A stretch of 64,000 nucleotides of DNA, taken from Eledone cirrhosa. Taxonomy: Eukaryota. Positions 22,935 through 36,556 of the stretch are shown here, one piece after another (position 1 is the stretch's first letter; every line of letters begins with the position of its first letter). The position numbers and the translations under genes were made by a program. Location: assembly GCA_964016885.1 (NCBI GenBank), contig OZ024740.1, forward strand, positions 260,710,001 to 260,774,000. The letters are read 5' to 3'. The notes under the pieces were generated by a model, which saw only the letters and a program-made list of their open reading frames with translations, did no database searches and was not told the DNA's origin.

Positions 22935-24272
22935 TGGCCCCCTCAGCCCGACGTGCAGCAGAACCTGGGTCAATCACAGATTGCACCAGGTTGCGGCTGC
23001 AGAAAGTGTCGGTGCAAGTGGCATCCCAGACGAGGGGTTTGCTACCGCGGAACTGGAAGATGGTCATGCCATCTGGCCTTTTGCCGTCCCCCTCGATCCA
23101 GACCCACCGGCTCGAGATGGGAAGGGAAGCCTGCAGCATCCAAGCCATGCTTAATAACCTCGTTTAGGGCAGCATGGCGTGGAATGCGGCCGGCACTGTG
23201 GCGACAGGAAAGCAGGTGGAGGCCGAAAGAGTTCACGGTGGAACCGCAGCGACATTGATGTGTCTGGCAGTTCCGGAGGCCGAGCCTCAGAGAAACGCTG
23301 ATTCGCAGGCTATGATTGTATAGCTCTGTGCCAGTTGAGAAAGAGGGCAGGGCATGGAGCCAGGCACCACTGTGGAGTTTGGAGGCCGCACGAAAACAAG
23401 CAAGGCGGTGCTGGTCGAGCTGGCGCGTGAGCCTGTCTGAGGCCAGGCTGCACTGGATGGCATCCCAAGTGCGTTGGGGGGACTTGACGTCAACAGGGGG
23501 AGAAGGAGGAGGGACGTCTACTGGGCTAAGTCCCAGCCGGTCCCACGTCTCACAAGCAGCCTCACGTTCTCTGAACACAGAGGGCTCTGTTGTGTTTTGA
23601 AGAACCCTGCTGACGAGGACGCGGCACGAGGTTACCGACGAAAGATACGCCGGCAATGCTAGTGAGATCGGGGACCAGAGGCCAAGGCCGCTATACCTGA
23701 CAGGTAAAGTGGCATGTTGCCATCTAATGTCATCAAACTTGACGTTGCATATCCCCTCGGCTACTGCTCGGATACAAGTATCGAGGTCAGCGAGGAGAGA
23801 TGTCTGGGTGTAGCATGGAGCGCTTTGGAGTGTATAGAGGAGCTTCGACATAGCGAAGCAGTTCCTCAGCAGAAAGAGAGCTGGGTGGCCGTCAATCAAG
23901 CCCAATCGGCTCGTGAGAGTCTGGAGCTGTTGAAGCCTGGACCTGATGGACGAGCGGATGGCCGGTGGGTGGATTGGTGACCCGAGGATGAGGACATCCT
24001 CTTTGGGAGTCACCTGAACCTGGCGGAGAATGGACCGCACGTCCAAGACGGAGGCTGCAAAGCTCGCAGCATCGAGGCTGACGTTCACCACCTCCGAGTT
24101 GACCTAGAGGCCGATTCCCGCCAGGGCAGGAACCACCGATTGAAGGTCATGGCAGACCATCCGTACGGGCCCGCCCAACATAGCATCATCCAGATACCAA
24201 ACGTTGAGAGGGGCCGTGATACTCCGGGCGATGTGGTCAATACCAAGGGCGAACACGAGGGGGTCCTAAAGG
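22935..24272 (-). mobile_element. CRE-clade-like non-LTR retrotransposon fragment (RT C-terminus, CCHC knuckle, restriction-like endonuclease)
   Basis: VWYLDD (24190-24205), ILGSPI, TLPVRYSGLGL, SGAWLHALP, CRCG...HLLSC...RHAALNE and KRPDG...LVWDATCTDT (PD-(D/E)xK). Much more GC-rich than the flanks. Confidence 0.9.
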
Positions 24273-24427
24273 GTCGTGATGAGTGTTATGACATAACGGA
24301 CGCTAACCGGAAGTGTTGACATTTGAACATTTTAAAGAAATGAATGTTAAAATAAGCAATACTTTATATATAAGAATGTTTGTTTAATCAAGAGCTACGA
24401 AATTTAGTAGATAAATTACATAATTGT

Positions 24428-24985
24428 TTCTATTTTAGGTACAAGGCCAGCAATTAACCAGTGCATTACTGGTACTTTATTTTATCGACCCCGTAAGGAT
24501 GAAAAGCAAAGTCAACCTCGGCGGGATTTGAACTCAGATTGTAAAGGGACGTAACTATGCTGGAAAGCATGGCGTCCGACCCTCTACCGAAACTGCCAAT
24601 CCACCGAAATTACATAATATTCATTAATTATTTATTCAAAGTAATTCAACTTATTTTACTAACGGGTTAAGGAAATATAAAACGGGCGCTGTCCCACACC
24701 CCTCCATTTATTATATTATAGATTCATTCATGATTTATTCAAAGTAAACCAACTTATTTAAAATAATAAACTGGACGCAGTCCCGCACATTGTCGATCAT
24801 TATATTGGCAATATCGGTAAAGCGTCAGACGCCATGCTTTGCAGCATATAATTATAGCCCTTTACATTCTGAGTTCAAATCCTACCGAGGTTAACTTTGC
24901 CTTTTATCCTTACAGGGTCGATAAAATAAAGCACTAGTAAAGCACTGGGGGTAATTGCTGGCCTTGTCAAAAGCAGAAAAAATTA
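24428..24985. mobile_element. Head-to-head inverted pair of family B SINEs (24428-24605 on -, 24805-24985 on +)
   Basis: The two copies are reverse complements, separated by a ~200-bp spacer containing a short degenerate duplication (tttattcaaagtaa...caacttattt). Confidence 0.8.
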
Positions 24986-25369
24986 TATATAAGATTGAAT
25001 AAATATTGAATATAGAAATGAGACTAAATAAATGCCCATTAAATTCACAATAAAGAATGACATAAATTTAAATTTTCAAAAGGATTCATTTTTATATTAA
25101 AAATTTGAAAGAAAAGTGAAAATTGTCCAATCAAATGATATACAGTGAATATCATTTTTCATTAATATAAGTTAACATTTCAAAATATAGTGCTTGAGGC
25201 TACATGGCCACATATAGCCCACTATCAATGCTCATGCTCAGTAGCAACTGGCAGTAAAATAATTCTCCTGCAAAAACTAGGGAAGTCGTTTAGAATTCTG
25301 TGCAAAATCCATGAAATTTAATGTTCTTATTAAAAAACGTTATTTATTAAAATTAGACATTTTAAAGAC

Positions 25370-28300
25370 TTTCACAAAAGGAAAGTGGAGCTGAAGGGCG
25401 AACAAAACGAAGGCTGGAGGCAGAAGATGCCAAAAAATCAAGCAAGTTCTTCATGCCCTTCTTTGAAAAGCCTAGAACAAGTAGTTTGACAGGCTTTATT
25501 AGGACACCTGCATCTGCTAAAAGTTTGTTGGAATATGAAGTTGAATCAAGTACAAATGTGTCATAAGCTAAAGAGGAAGTAAAGTCAGTATGACGAGGTT
25601 AAGAGTGAACGTGCCGGAGAGAATGTTGACATGACAAGAGGGGAAGACGATGGAGTTGGTGGTGATGTAGAATATATTGACAAAATTTGACCTAACAAGA
25701 TTGAATCTGAACACACTGATCCTAGTGAAGTGGAGGGTGGACAAAGAGCCTTGAACCAGAAGTGATTAAGCTAATAAAAGCAAAAGTCGCGTGATATCTT
25801 GACAAGAATCTATAGCGGAGATACTGGGTTGTATGAATGTAACAAGGAGACATGGTTTGTGTGTATAATATTTAATCAACAATTTAACAGTATAGTTGAC
25901 ATGTCAATGAATAAACGAAAGAATGAAGCAAAGTTAGTAGTTACCGTTTTGATTGCCAGGCAAACGCGAGACGCCTGGCGAAGGCCAGGCGCCGGAAGGG
26001 CAAATGAGAGGGAGAGAGCCGAGAGCTATTCGTTTTATAGGGCTCTGCCGGAAGTTACAGAAAGGGTTCTACTTCCCGTCTAGATGTTAATCTATTGGGG
26101 TTGTGAGTCACAACAAGGGAGGCTACTGCTACATAACCTCCCGCCAGAATTTTAGAATATAAAAATCGAATTAAATATGTAGCAAGTTGGCGAGAATGTT
26201 GTAACAGGCATGAAAATTACGACAAAAGAATGTTTGCAAAAATCAATGATAGATATCAAGGTAGCCAACCGCTCTTGGCCAGAGAACGACTGGACATCTA
26301 TCTATCCATCACCCAAAGATACAATGTAATAAAGTAAGAGAAGAGCTCAAAGTTCAAATGTACAAAATATAGTTCACAGGTCTGCAATCACATGACAGCA
26401 GGAAAGAAAGTGTGTTCCAGAAAATGAATGCAGGTGGTTTCTGTTCTGTGGTATATCGTGAAATTTCCAACCTCCGAATGGATTTTCTCACAGGAAGAGT
26501 GTTGCAAAAATAAATTCTCTGGCTTGTTCTGCTGGTTTTGGTTGTTGGTGAAGCTGTGTTGTTGTCTCGCGAAGTGAGCGTATTCGGTGTTTAAATTCAC
26601 AGTAAAAAAATTTTTTTTTTTTGAAAAAATGAGTTGCGCAAAGTGCTAGAAATAATAGCCGAAGTTAATGGTCGATGTTGAGAATGCGTTGACCTGGAAG
26701 GGTCAAGAGGCCAGCGACCAAAGAAATAAGCATTCTGAATAAATGCGCAGTTTTCAACGGCAAATTTACGTGGTAAATTTTTAAACCGGTAAATAGGAGA
26801 ATATAGCTTAAGGCTGAAGAATCCTTGGCGAGAAACGTTATCTCTGGCGTGCGGCTATCTCTTGTGAGTCGAGATATCTCCGTGAGTTGAGAATTTGTGC
26901 TGCCTACACGTGCCAATACAAGGTTAAGTTAGGTTTAAAAAAATAATATTTCTAACGCGCGAGAAAATGATAGTGCAAGTGTGAAAGTGACAATGATGAA
27001 AAAGAAAGGCTTCACTTAGCATAATTATTGGTGTGAACTTTGAAAACAAAACTTGAACGATGAAGAAAACGATGAAAAAAAAAAAAAAGGCAAGGGTTCA
27101 TCGAAAATAAATTTTCCTGTTGAAATGTTTTTTAAAAAATATCAAATTTCTTTTTTTTTTTTGTTTTGAAAGTGTTCGTTGTAAGAAACGAGAAACATAT
27201 ATATATATCGTGAAATGCGACAGTTAGTTGATGCGTGAGAGAAAAAGTCTGTCTGTGCGAAAATTTCACATGTGCGTGGTATGTTCGTTTCTTTTACTGA
27301 GTATTTTCATAGTTTGTCAATAAATTTGCTGTGTATTCGTAATGTTACTCACACAACCCCAGATTCTGCTATTTTTTTCTTTTTTCGGGGTGACGACTTA
27401 TAGCGATGAACGGCTGCGTGTTCGTATCACGTCAGGGTTACCAATATAGGAGAGATACTGGGTTGTATGAATGTAACAAGGAAACATGGTTTGTGTGTAT
27501 AATATTTAATCAACAATTTAACAGTATAGTTGATATGTCAATGAATAAACGAAAGAATGAAGTAAAGTTAGTAGTTACCGTTTTGATTGCCAGGCAAACG
27601 CGAGAGGGAGAGAGCCGAGAGCTATTCGTTTTATAGGGCTCTGCCGGAAGTTACAGAAAGGGTTCTACTTCCCGTCTAGATGTTAATCTATTGGGGTTGT
27701 GAGTCACAACAAGGGAGGCTACTGCTACAAATCCTTCACTGCATAAAATTCCTTGCAACTCAGAACCTGGCTTTGCGAGGACACAGGGAGTCACTTCAGC
27801 TAGACGATGATCATGACTCCAGTGTGGGAAATTTCCTTGGCTTAGTGAAACTATTAGCCATTTTTACCCTGTCATGAAAGAACACTTGACTTACATGAAA
27901 GAACACTTGACTTGTTGGATCTTATCTTTCACCAGGTATCCATAATGAATTCATCCATCTGATGGCATCCGCTGTTCACCAGAGTTTACTGAGAGGCATT
28001 CGTAAAGCCAAGTACTGTGGTCTCATGTTCGACTCAACTCCTGATAAATCACATTGTGAGCATATGTCAGAAATATTAAGGTACGTGGATGTTGATTTTG
28101 AGAGGAAAATAATCTGTGTTAAAGATTTCTTTCTTGGTTTTATCCAGATAAGAAGGATATTGAGAGCTTGTTTGAAGTCATCTTGAAACAACTAGACAAG
28201 AATGAAATGGAGCTACAAGATTGTCGGTCACAGTGCTATGACAACGCTGCTCTGATGGTTGGATACAGAAGTGATGTCCATCAAATTGTGACAATCACTC

Positions 28301-29470
28301 TCTCAACTTGGTAGGCGTACATGCAGCTAATTAGGATATAATGATGGTTACGTTTTTGGAACCATTCAAGCTCTCTATGTGCTTTTCTCTCGTTCAACGC
28401 AACTTTGGGAAAAACTCAGAAATGTTGTGCCTGTAGTTAAGTCAGAATCTGAAACCAGGTGGAGTGCAAGGACAGAAACGGTAAACCCTACCAATAAGTA
28501 TCTTGAGGAGATACTGCAAGTCCTCCAGGATATCATAGACAATGAAAATGAGACTAGTGAAACAAGAAGTGAATTAAGACAGCTGTATAACTGCATGTTG
28601 AGTTATGATTTTCTGACTTTGCTAGGATTTTGGGACAAAATACTCATTTGCATTGACGTGCTCAAAAGAGGCTGCAGGATCCTAGCATGACCTTTCATGA
28701 TGCTGCTCTGGATTTGAAAGCCCTTCGAGATCATTTTGATGATAAAAGAGAAGTATTGGTCAGTGAGTCACTCGAAGGACTAAATCTCTGACAAGAATGG
28801 AATATTGAAGTAGAAAGACGTCGGAGACGACAGAAATTAATGGCTGGTGAGAACTCAAGAGATGCTGAGTTAACAGTCAAGAAAGAAATCGAAAGAGTCA
28901 TGAAGGTAACATTCGATCTTCAGAGAAATGGATGAAAGGTTCAATCGTTTTCATGACACCGATGCCAAGTTTGGATTCCTTCTCAATGTCGAGGGACTGT
29001 GCTACAGTGTTGACAGTAATGACCTAAGGAAGTGTGAAGGTTTAAGTGAACTGTACAGCTCTGATATTGATGGACAACAGCTATATGAAGAAATTTTAAA
29101 TTGCAGAATGCTGCTGTCAAGTCGTGCCAACATGAAGATAACAGGACCTGAAGAACTTCTCAAATTTATTGTTCAGTATGAAGATGACAGCGTCTTTCCC
29201 AATCTTAGCATTTCTATTCAGATAATGTTAACCAGCGCAGTTTCCATTGTCAGCTGTGAGAGATCATTTAGCAAGTTGAAACATACTTTCATGTTTGGGA
29301 GCTTTTATGGATCAAGGCAAATTCTGTGATCTTGCTTTGCTTAGTTTATAAAGAGATGAAACTGAGAAATGCTTTGCTTAGTTTAGAAAAAAGATGAAAC
29401 TGAGAAAACCGACTTTGAGTACATCATAGACCAATTTGCATCAGTAAAAGCAAGGAAGCTGCAGTTGTAA
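25370..29470 (+). mobile_element. Decayed hAT transposase (DUF4371-like/ZMYM1-like plus hATC dimerisation domain), interrupted by an LTR element
   Basis: ILHCIKFLATQNLALRGH, GNFLGLV, FDSTPD, SETRWSAR and FPNL...SCERSFSKLK, with many stops. The frame RDILTRI|LHCIKF is restored by removing the LTR insert. Confidence 0.92.
25811..27729 (-). mobile_element. Non-autonomous (TRIM-like) Gypsy-type LTR retroelement: LTRs 27445-27729 (5') and 25811-26133 (3'), tRNA-Trp PBS, PPT, 4-bp TSD AATC
   Basis: Two near-identical direct repeats begin TGTAGCAG on the - strand. PBS TGGTAACCCTGACGTGAT follows the 5' LTR and purine tract ctggcgggaggtta precedes the 3' LTR. AATC at 25807-25810 and 27730-27733. No RT or integrase ORF inside. 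Confidence 0.92.
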
Positions 29471-29518
29471 TTGTTATCTTGTGCCATGATTTGTTAATCA
29501 ACGAGCTTGACTTGTATT

Positions 29519-30011
29519 TCTGATATTATGAATTTCTGTCTGTCTGTTTGTTTGTGAACCTAAAACTACCAAACTATCTTGATGAAACTTGACAGTTGTG
29601 TGGGGCCATTTGATTTCTTACATACATTTCATTTTAATCAAGGGTTCCCCGGGAGTTCAAACCCCCGCTTAATTTTTCCCCTTCGATTTATATGAAATTT
29701 AAACCATAGGTAAATGACAAGATATGAGGTCTATTCACAAAATTTCAGCAAATTTCAATAATATTAAGACACCCTAATGGGGGTTCTATTTTTTTCCTTA
29801 TAGCAACACTCAACTTCTCTGACAAACATTTTTTCGCCTGACCAATGCAATCAACAATATTTGTTTGTATTATTGTTTCGTAAATGAATTTGTCTTCACG
29901 TTTGATTATCTGTCCTATATTTTGATTTCATGTTTGGTCTGAGGCATTGGGCATTTTAATGGGAACTGGGAATACCCCCGCTCCCGGGTATTACCGGGTA
30001 CTTCAGCTAGT
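29519..30011 (+). mobile_element. Non-autonomous Helitron/Helentron-like element
   Basis: 5' TC...(gtct)n(gttt)n tract; 3' hairpin cccgggtattaccggg followed by CTAG|T at 30007-30011. Confidence 0.7.
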
Positions 30012-30389
30012 AAATACATAAAACAAATAAATACTTATTTGTCTTACAAGTAAACTAATCTGTAACTCATTTTAATATATATATATATATATGTATTTTA
30101 AATATAAAGCGTCACAGGGTGTTCAAACCAATGTGCTCACTTTTCAAATGACAATAAATGCATTGTTTATTGACTTAGAAGAAAAACTAATGGTTAAATT
30201 AAAATGGATTTGGATATTTTCCTTAATAATCTCCTCCTTATCACACATTTACCTCACACTTCACAAAGTCTTTTGAATTCTTCTTCAATTGAATAGTTCG
30301 TTCTATATCCTACTACAATACTCTCTAGTTATATTTGAATAAGAAGGAAAAAAAAGATTGGTGACAGATGTTTGGAGAGGGGAGCCATT

Positions 30390-31015
30390 TTTCCTAGATA
30401 CGCCTCTGATGGCATCTAAATGATGTTGTAAGAGAGTAGCATCAGCTAGTTTCTGGATAGCCAGTGCTACTTTCGTGTCATCAGCATTGTTTGTGAAGGA
30501 GATTGTCCGTATTACAGAGGGCATGTCTAAGAGAGCCATCACAAACAGTAGTGGCACGAAGACAGTTCCTTGGGGCACGCCGTTTGTTATTGACGTTTCC
30601 CTTGAGAGAGAATCGTTGGGTGCAACGGTCTGGCTTCTGTCTTAAGAAGTCATGAAGCCATTCACCTAGTTTTCCAGCTATGCCAAAGCTATGTAGTTTG
30701 TGACATATCATTCCATGGTCAACCTTGTCGAAGTCTTCGCAAAGTCAAGATATATCACATCTGCGTTCGAATGGCGTAGCAGCTGTTTGAGTATCCAGTC
30801 ATAATGCTGTAAGAGCTGCGTAAGAACATTTCTACCTGAGTGAAAGACATGCTGAGTATCAGAAGATCTTTTTCCTCTAGAAATGTGATCAGTTTCCTTC
30901 TGATGATTTGTTCCATGACTTTCCTGCTTTGTGAGGTCAGGGAGACAGACCTGTAGTATTTAGAATCTGCTCTACCGCCTCCTTTTAGTTTTCCAGTTAG
31001 TTTACGACTTGCAAG
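30390..31015 (-). mobile_element. CR1/L2-type LINE RT fragment
   Basis: YRSVSLTS, DVIYLDFA..FDKVDHG, GKLGEWLHDFL, VPQGTVFVPLLF and ADDTK. Confidence 0.88.
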
Positions 31016-31029
31016 GGATCGGCAGGGGT

Positions 31030-31480
31030 TTTGCTAACAGTATCAACCTGGTCTGCCTATGCACCCCAATCTGGCCTCCAGACAAACAAAAGACCTGTTC
31101 TACGAGTCCCTAATAAGTGCAACATCCCAAACCTGTAACACTGACTTCACCATTGCAGGCGACTTCAACGGACATGTGGGGAGACTAAGTGACGGATTGC
31201 ATGGAGTCCATGGAGGTTTCGGGTTTGGCAGGACTGAGGCTCCTGGAATTCTGTGACGTAAACTAAATGGCTAACTGAAAAACAAACTTCAAGAAACCGG
31301 CAAATCAATTGAACACGTATAGCTCAGGGGAGCACACCAGCCAAATTGACTATATCCTTACCAGAAAACAAGACAGAGTAACGGTCATAAACACAAAGAG
31401 CATCCCGGATAAGCAATGCACCTCCCAACACAACCTTGTACTCGGCATCATTAGAGTCAGAACCACGCAAGTGTCGACAC
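31030..31480 (+). mobile_element. RTE LINE AP-endonuclease fragment
   Basis: AYAP, IAGDFNGHVG, GGFGFG, SQIDYIL and SQHNLV. Confidence 0.85.
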
Positions 31481-31559
31481 CAAAGACGTTTTCACTGCAA
31501 AAGCCACACCTGCCTCTCTTTTGCATCATGCTGCTCTGCCACTCCAGTAAAACGTGTAG

Positions 31560-32170
31560 CCACTGGACGTCTCAGTGATATGAACTTCTTCGAGTAGCCT
31601 TGTTTCAGATAAGGCAAAAATATCCATATGTTATCGTCCCAGCTCTTTGGCAACAAGGGCTGATCTTTCTGGTCGTGATTCTGAATCTAATAAGGTCTGG
31701 ATGCTCCAGCAACCAATATTGATAAGTTTCAACTTCTTCGTAGTGGCAGGATGACGACCGGGCCCATGCTGCGGTGCCATGGGACACCTGCCGGACCAGA
31801 CCCTTTCACCATCAGTTCCAGAGCCCCCATTGCCATTAATTCGTACATTATCATGGTTTATCATTAAATATTTTGCCTTTTTTGGCTACGGCCAGCCACG
31901 ATGCAACAAATAATTTGTTCAAATCGATCAGGCGGTGCCTGTGCTTGAAATCTTTTTAAGTGAAGAAAAGTCTTGCACAGAACTAATCCCACTCTCCGAG
32001 CATAGGGAGCACATAGCGAAAAGAAGAACTGGTCAACATCATCGGGTGCCTTCAACACCGCAGGTGTTTATTCGAAGTTACCCTCTCCTAGAGAAGTGTT
32101 GTGACAACAGCTAAGGGGGTATCTCACTCCAAGCGGGTTACCTGCCCGCTCGGACACCAACCCAGGTGTT
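31560..32170 (-). mobile_element. 5' end of a second RTE family (BovB-like): 5' UTR plus endonuclease start
   Basis: NIGCWSIQTLLDSESRPERSALVAKELGR (ORF 31631..31864). The 5' UTR carries the RTE-type tctagggagagggtaact motif. Confidence 0.78.
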
Positions 32171-32639
32171 TCCTGTCCCCACGCACACGTTACACACTAT
32201 TAAAGAAAAGTTAAAATGTATACACAAAAGCACACTCTTGTACATCCGAGGATATATAAGAGACGAAACATTTAAAGATTTAAAAAGTTAAAAGAATTTA
32301 AAATGTATACAAAAAGGTATACGTATGCAAACAGACACCCAATAATATATCAAATATACACACACACATAAAATGCATATACATAAGTATATACATACAC
32401 ACGCATAAAATGCATATACATAAGTATATACAAATAGAGTACTCATACACCCACCCACAGACATATATGTATACATATATACACACATATATATATATAA
32501 TTACACATATACATTAACATAGACTTACGTAAAAATATGTATACACACACATCTATACAAAAAAAAATATATATATATATATATGTAAAAATGGCCAAAA
32601 ATTGCGCAATTATGAATTATACGCACATAGATATATGCA

Positions 32640-34000
32640 TACACCCATATTATATGGGTGTAACCTTGAGCTGATCAGTGGCGAAACGCGCGTCACCTAC
32701 CAATAAATGTAATGAAGGAGTAACCAATCGTCCTTGTTATCCTTTCAATATATATATATATAAATATATATATATATAAATTTATCTTGGAGAATAACTA
32801 CTTCGAATTCGATGCCAAATTCTACAGACAGAAATCCGGGACTGCCATGGGCATGAAAACGGCGCCCCTCTTACGTCAACCTTGTTATAGGATACTTGGA
32901 AATCACTTTCTACCGAAAAGTACAAGATAAATACGGAAACTCCTACGAAAGACTTATTGAATTTAATACACTTTTAAATGGACTCAACAGAAACATTCAA
33001 TTTACAATGGAATACAACGATGAACAACTTCCTTTCCTCGACATCCTTATCAAGAAAACTAACAACAAAATAGAAACAGACATATACTATAAGCCCACAG
33101 ACTCCAAACAGTATCTTCCATTCAACTCATGCCACCCGAGACACACCAAAATGAACTTCCCTTACAACCTAGCCAAAAGAATATGATAGAAACACCTGCT
33201 ACATACGACTAGAAGAATTAAAGGGCACACTCATTAGCAAGAATTACCCACGATCCCTAATTAACAAGGGATTTCAACGTGCCCTAAAACTCAACATCCA
33301 GGAACTTAGACACCCCAAACTAAAAGAATGAATCGAAACTGAAAGCCCTACCATACATCTCCACACACAACCTCCTTAACAATGAGGCCTTCGACACCAT
33401 CCTCCAGAACATACTTTTACCTAAAAGAGACCTAAGAATTAATCAAATCCTTCAAATGCACAACATTATAAAGAGCAAAAGACAACCCAAATCAATGAAA
33501 AACATCCTTACAGAAGCCAAAGTCCAGCCGACCTTAACAATGAACCCTACAGTAAAAAAATGCAGAAGATCCGACTGTGGTATATGTATGAACCTAATAC
33601 AGGGATTGGAGTTCCACTTCAAACAAGAGCAACGCTTTACAGTTAAATACAATTTCACATGCGCATCAGAAAACCTGATTTATGTGTTGACCTGCTCAGG
33701 CTGTCGAGAGCAGTACATAGGACAGACTAAAAACAGTCTCCGTCAACGTATGACCGTCCATAGATCCCAAATTAAAATACGGGAATACAGAAAAATAGCA
33801 CTGAGTGAACACATTGCGTCCTGCGCATCTAATGATCAATCCAATTTCAGAATTGTTCATCATCTTCATTTAACGCCCATGTCCTCTACAAATTTAAAGA
33901 TAACGCTTCCTACATTCAGCGCATTAGCAAGGAATCACACTTTATCGCCAAATACAAACTCCTTCTAAATGCATCCACTTCGGACAAAACTACAACTGGC
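32640..34000 (+). mobile_element. Penelope-like element: pLTR-like segment, 5'-truncated RT and GIY-YIG endonuclease
   Basis: NYFEF...YRQKSGTAMG, IQFTME, LPFLDILI, TDIYYKPT, SCHP; then C..C..C and NLIYVLTCSGCREQYIGQT...R...H (ORF 33456..33968). Confidence 0.93.
32655..32700 (+). ncRNA. Degenerate minimal hammerhead ribozyme motif in the Penelope pLTR
   Basis: ...CTGATCA gtggc GAAAC gcgc GTC acc: palindromic stem III and GUC site, followed by AATAAA. The core deviates from CUGANGA. Confidence 0.55.
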
Positions 34001-34489
34001 ACACTTTAAAATTAACCCTTTGGCAATGTAACCCTTTCAAAGATTCTAGCAACTTTTGACAACTATATAATGCAGATAAATCAACCAGATAGAAATACCC
34101 AAATTAGCTAGTTCTTGACGATTTTCACGAAGATAATCGGATAAATAGGATTAAGGTGACAAACTAAATGCTTTACAATATGTACGGCTCGGTACGTTTT
34201 AGCTTCGAATCTTGCCAATGTCATCCTTCATGGGCCTATACTATAGTAGGTAGCTTTCCCGTAATAGAGTCGATGAAATCTCCTTTTTTCATTTCCCTGA
34301 ATCTGGGAGTTTGTGCTGAAGATATAATTAGTATTTCAGTAATTCTGAATCTTTTTCGTGGCAACATTATAAAGTCTACGTTGACTATTTCTGAGATAAA
34401 ACAATACTCAACCTGTCAGAAGAATTAAAAGAATGACAATCTAATTATTTTCAATAATATTCATTTCTAATATGTATATATATATATAT

Positions 34490-35920
34490 GGAGTGGTGTA
34501 AATGCTGGAAAGTTAAGGAAGACCTCTTAGAAACACTGACACTGCATGTCAATTTAAGAATGCCAGCATTTCAGGAAGATCTCTTAGAAACACCCACACT
34601 GCAGGTCATGAATATCTATGAATATGTTGAGTATATTTGCAGAGAGGAGTTTTCGGTGCTATAATTAGGGATGAAATAAGATTGGGTAAGAATCATATGT
34701 AAGTGTTATAAATAAGTGAAATTATGTGTGTCAAATAGAAAGGAGTGTTTGATGCGTTTTATAGATACACATAGCGAAAGAAATGAGAATAGTCAATATG
34801 TGAGTGTTATAGGTATAACAAAAAGCATGTAATCATAGACAATATGTGTGTGTTCATATTGAATATAGGTTCAGAGTAGTTAGTGTTAATGCTATTTCAT
34901 AATTGAAATAATGTTCAAGGTGGTTGTATATCCAAATTAATGCTGTTTATTCCAACAGGAAAGAAGTTGTGATCTTATATGTAGGTAACTTCTAAAAATT
35001 TCAGATTTTGTAGAATTCTATATTTTTCCGTTATACATAAAGTACATTTTCTTGTGCCTTTTTCATATTCTTTTGATTGGTCTAAAATGGATCAACCAAT
35101 TACATATGGAATCCCACGATCTTTCATCTACCACACTCTCTTTGCCAGCGCCGTAGTTTTCTTTTTTCCGGGTGTATGGAGGAAGCAATGTGCGTAATAT
35201 CTTTGTTTGAATTTACCTTGTCATACCCACATATCGCTCACCGGTAGCTGGTTGGTTGGTGTTTACAGGTGTCACTTTAGCCTCATAAACAATAGATTTT
35301 ATGTTACATTTGCCCTGTCAAGGACATTCTCTGCCATTTCTGCAAAAAACATCCTGGATTTCTCTGTGTATTTTCACGTTGGTAATCTTAGAGTTCATAG
35401 ATGGACTGCAAGAATAGCTAATCTTGACTAAATTTCTATTAAATATTTTATAATACCTATGTTGTTGGGGGAAATGCTTATCTAAGAGATAGTATTATTA
35501 GGATTAGGTATATATTTAATGTGTTCGTTAAAACCACTATTTTAAAGAGCCTTATTATAATAAGGGGCTGCTTTGTTAAATATTTCTTCAGAGGAAGAGA
35601 TGGTTGATATCCTATGACTAATATTAGAGATAAGGTTTTTAAATACTATGGGGGGGATGCCATGACCCTTTACTTATATATTTTAAATTTTCATTAGGTT
35701 TATGATATGGTTTAAAAGAAGCTGTAAATAAATCAAGATTAATATCGAGAAAGTTAGCATTAGTTAGATTTGTATCTTTGTGATTTTAAGGTTTAGATTA
35801 GAGGTTTTTTTTATCAAATCTATTCAAAATTTGTCAAGATCATGGCCATTGGTGTTATGAGAGACTGCTAGTCTGTCGTCTCGATAGTGTCATTGGAGAA
35901 TTTTTCTTTAAGTGTGTGGA
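34490..35920 (-). mobile_element. Heavily decayed Penelope-like element (RT plus GIY-YIG remnants)
   Basis: The minus strand reads YRDDRLAV, ANFLDINLDL...FKPYHKPN and GKFKQRYYAH...TTALAKRVW, similar to the 55651 ORF. Confidence 0.75.
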
Positions 35921-36114
35921 GGAGGAATAAGCCAACTAAATCACACCCATCGGCACTATTGAAAGAACCCATTGAGACATCAAAAGGATTCTCTGGGTTT
36001 GATTTTTTACTCAGGTTTCGTCTTTGGCAAAAAGTAATGTTTTTCTGGCATGCAAAATTACATATCTCTCTCTCTCTCTATATATATATATACACACACA
36101 TACATACATATATA

Positions 36115-36556
36115 ATGAACACAACTGCGAGTGCAACTTTGCTTCCCAAAGTCTATCAATAAGCTGAAGGTCAGACTTTGAAATCTACTTGCTTGCACTT
36201 AAGTTAACCTTGCTTTTACGTTGGTTGCTCCAGGGTTTACAAGACTTATTTGTCTATGCTCCAAATCAGAAAACAAAGAATGTTGTTTACCCAGAAGCTC
36301 TTATGTAATATCCTTCAACATATGATAGAATTTATCTTCCTTCATAAAAGTGATAAATTTTGTATTTTCAATATCTATCATTTATTTATTTATTTATTTT
36401 TTGTATTATGAATTCAGAATTGATTTCATCATGTATCTCAGTTGAAGAATGAATGGAATTTAGAATAAATTTCTATACAGCATGTTTGGCTTTTTTCTTC
36501 TAATATATAAGGAGCACTTTCAAATCCGGGCAATGCCGGGTGCCTCTGATACTATA
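36115..36556 (+). mobile_element. Helitron 3' remnant (Pif1 helicase C-terminus plus terminal hairpin)
   Basis: VQLCFPKSINK..GQTLK, YVGCSRV and LFVYAPNQKTKNVVYPEAL*; hairpin ccgggcaatgccggg at ~36526-36540. Confidence 0.8.
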
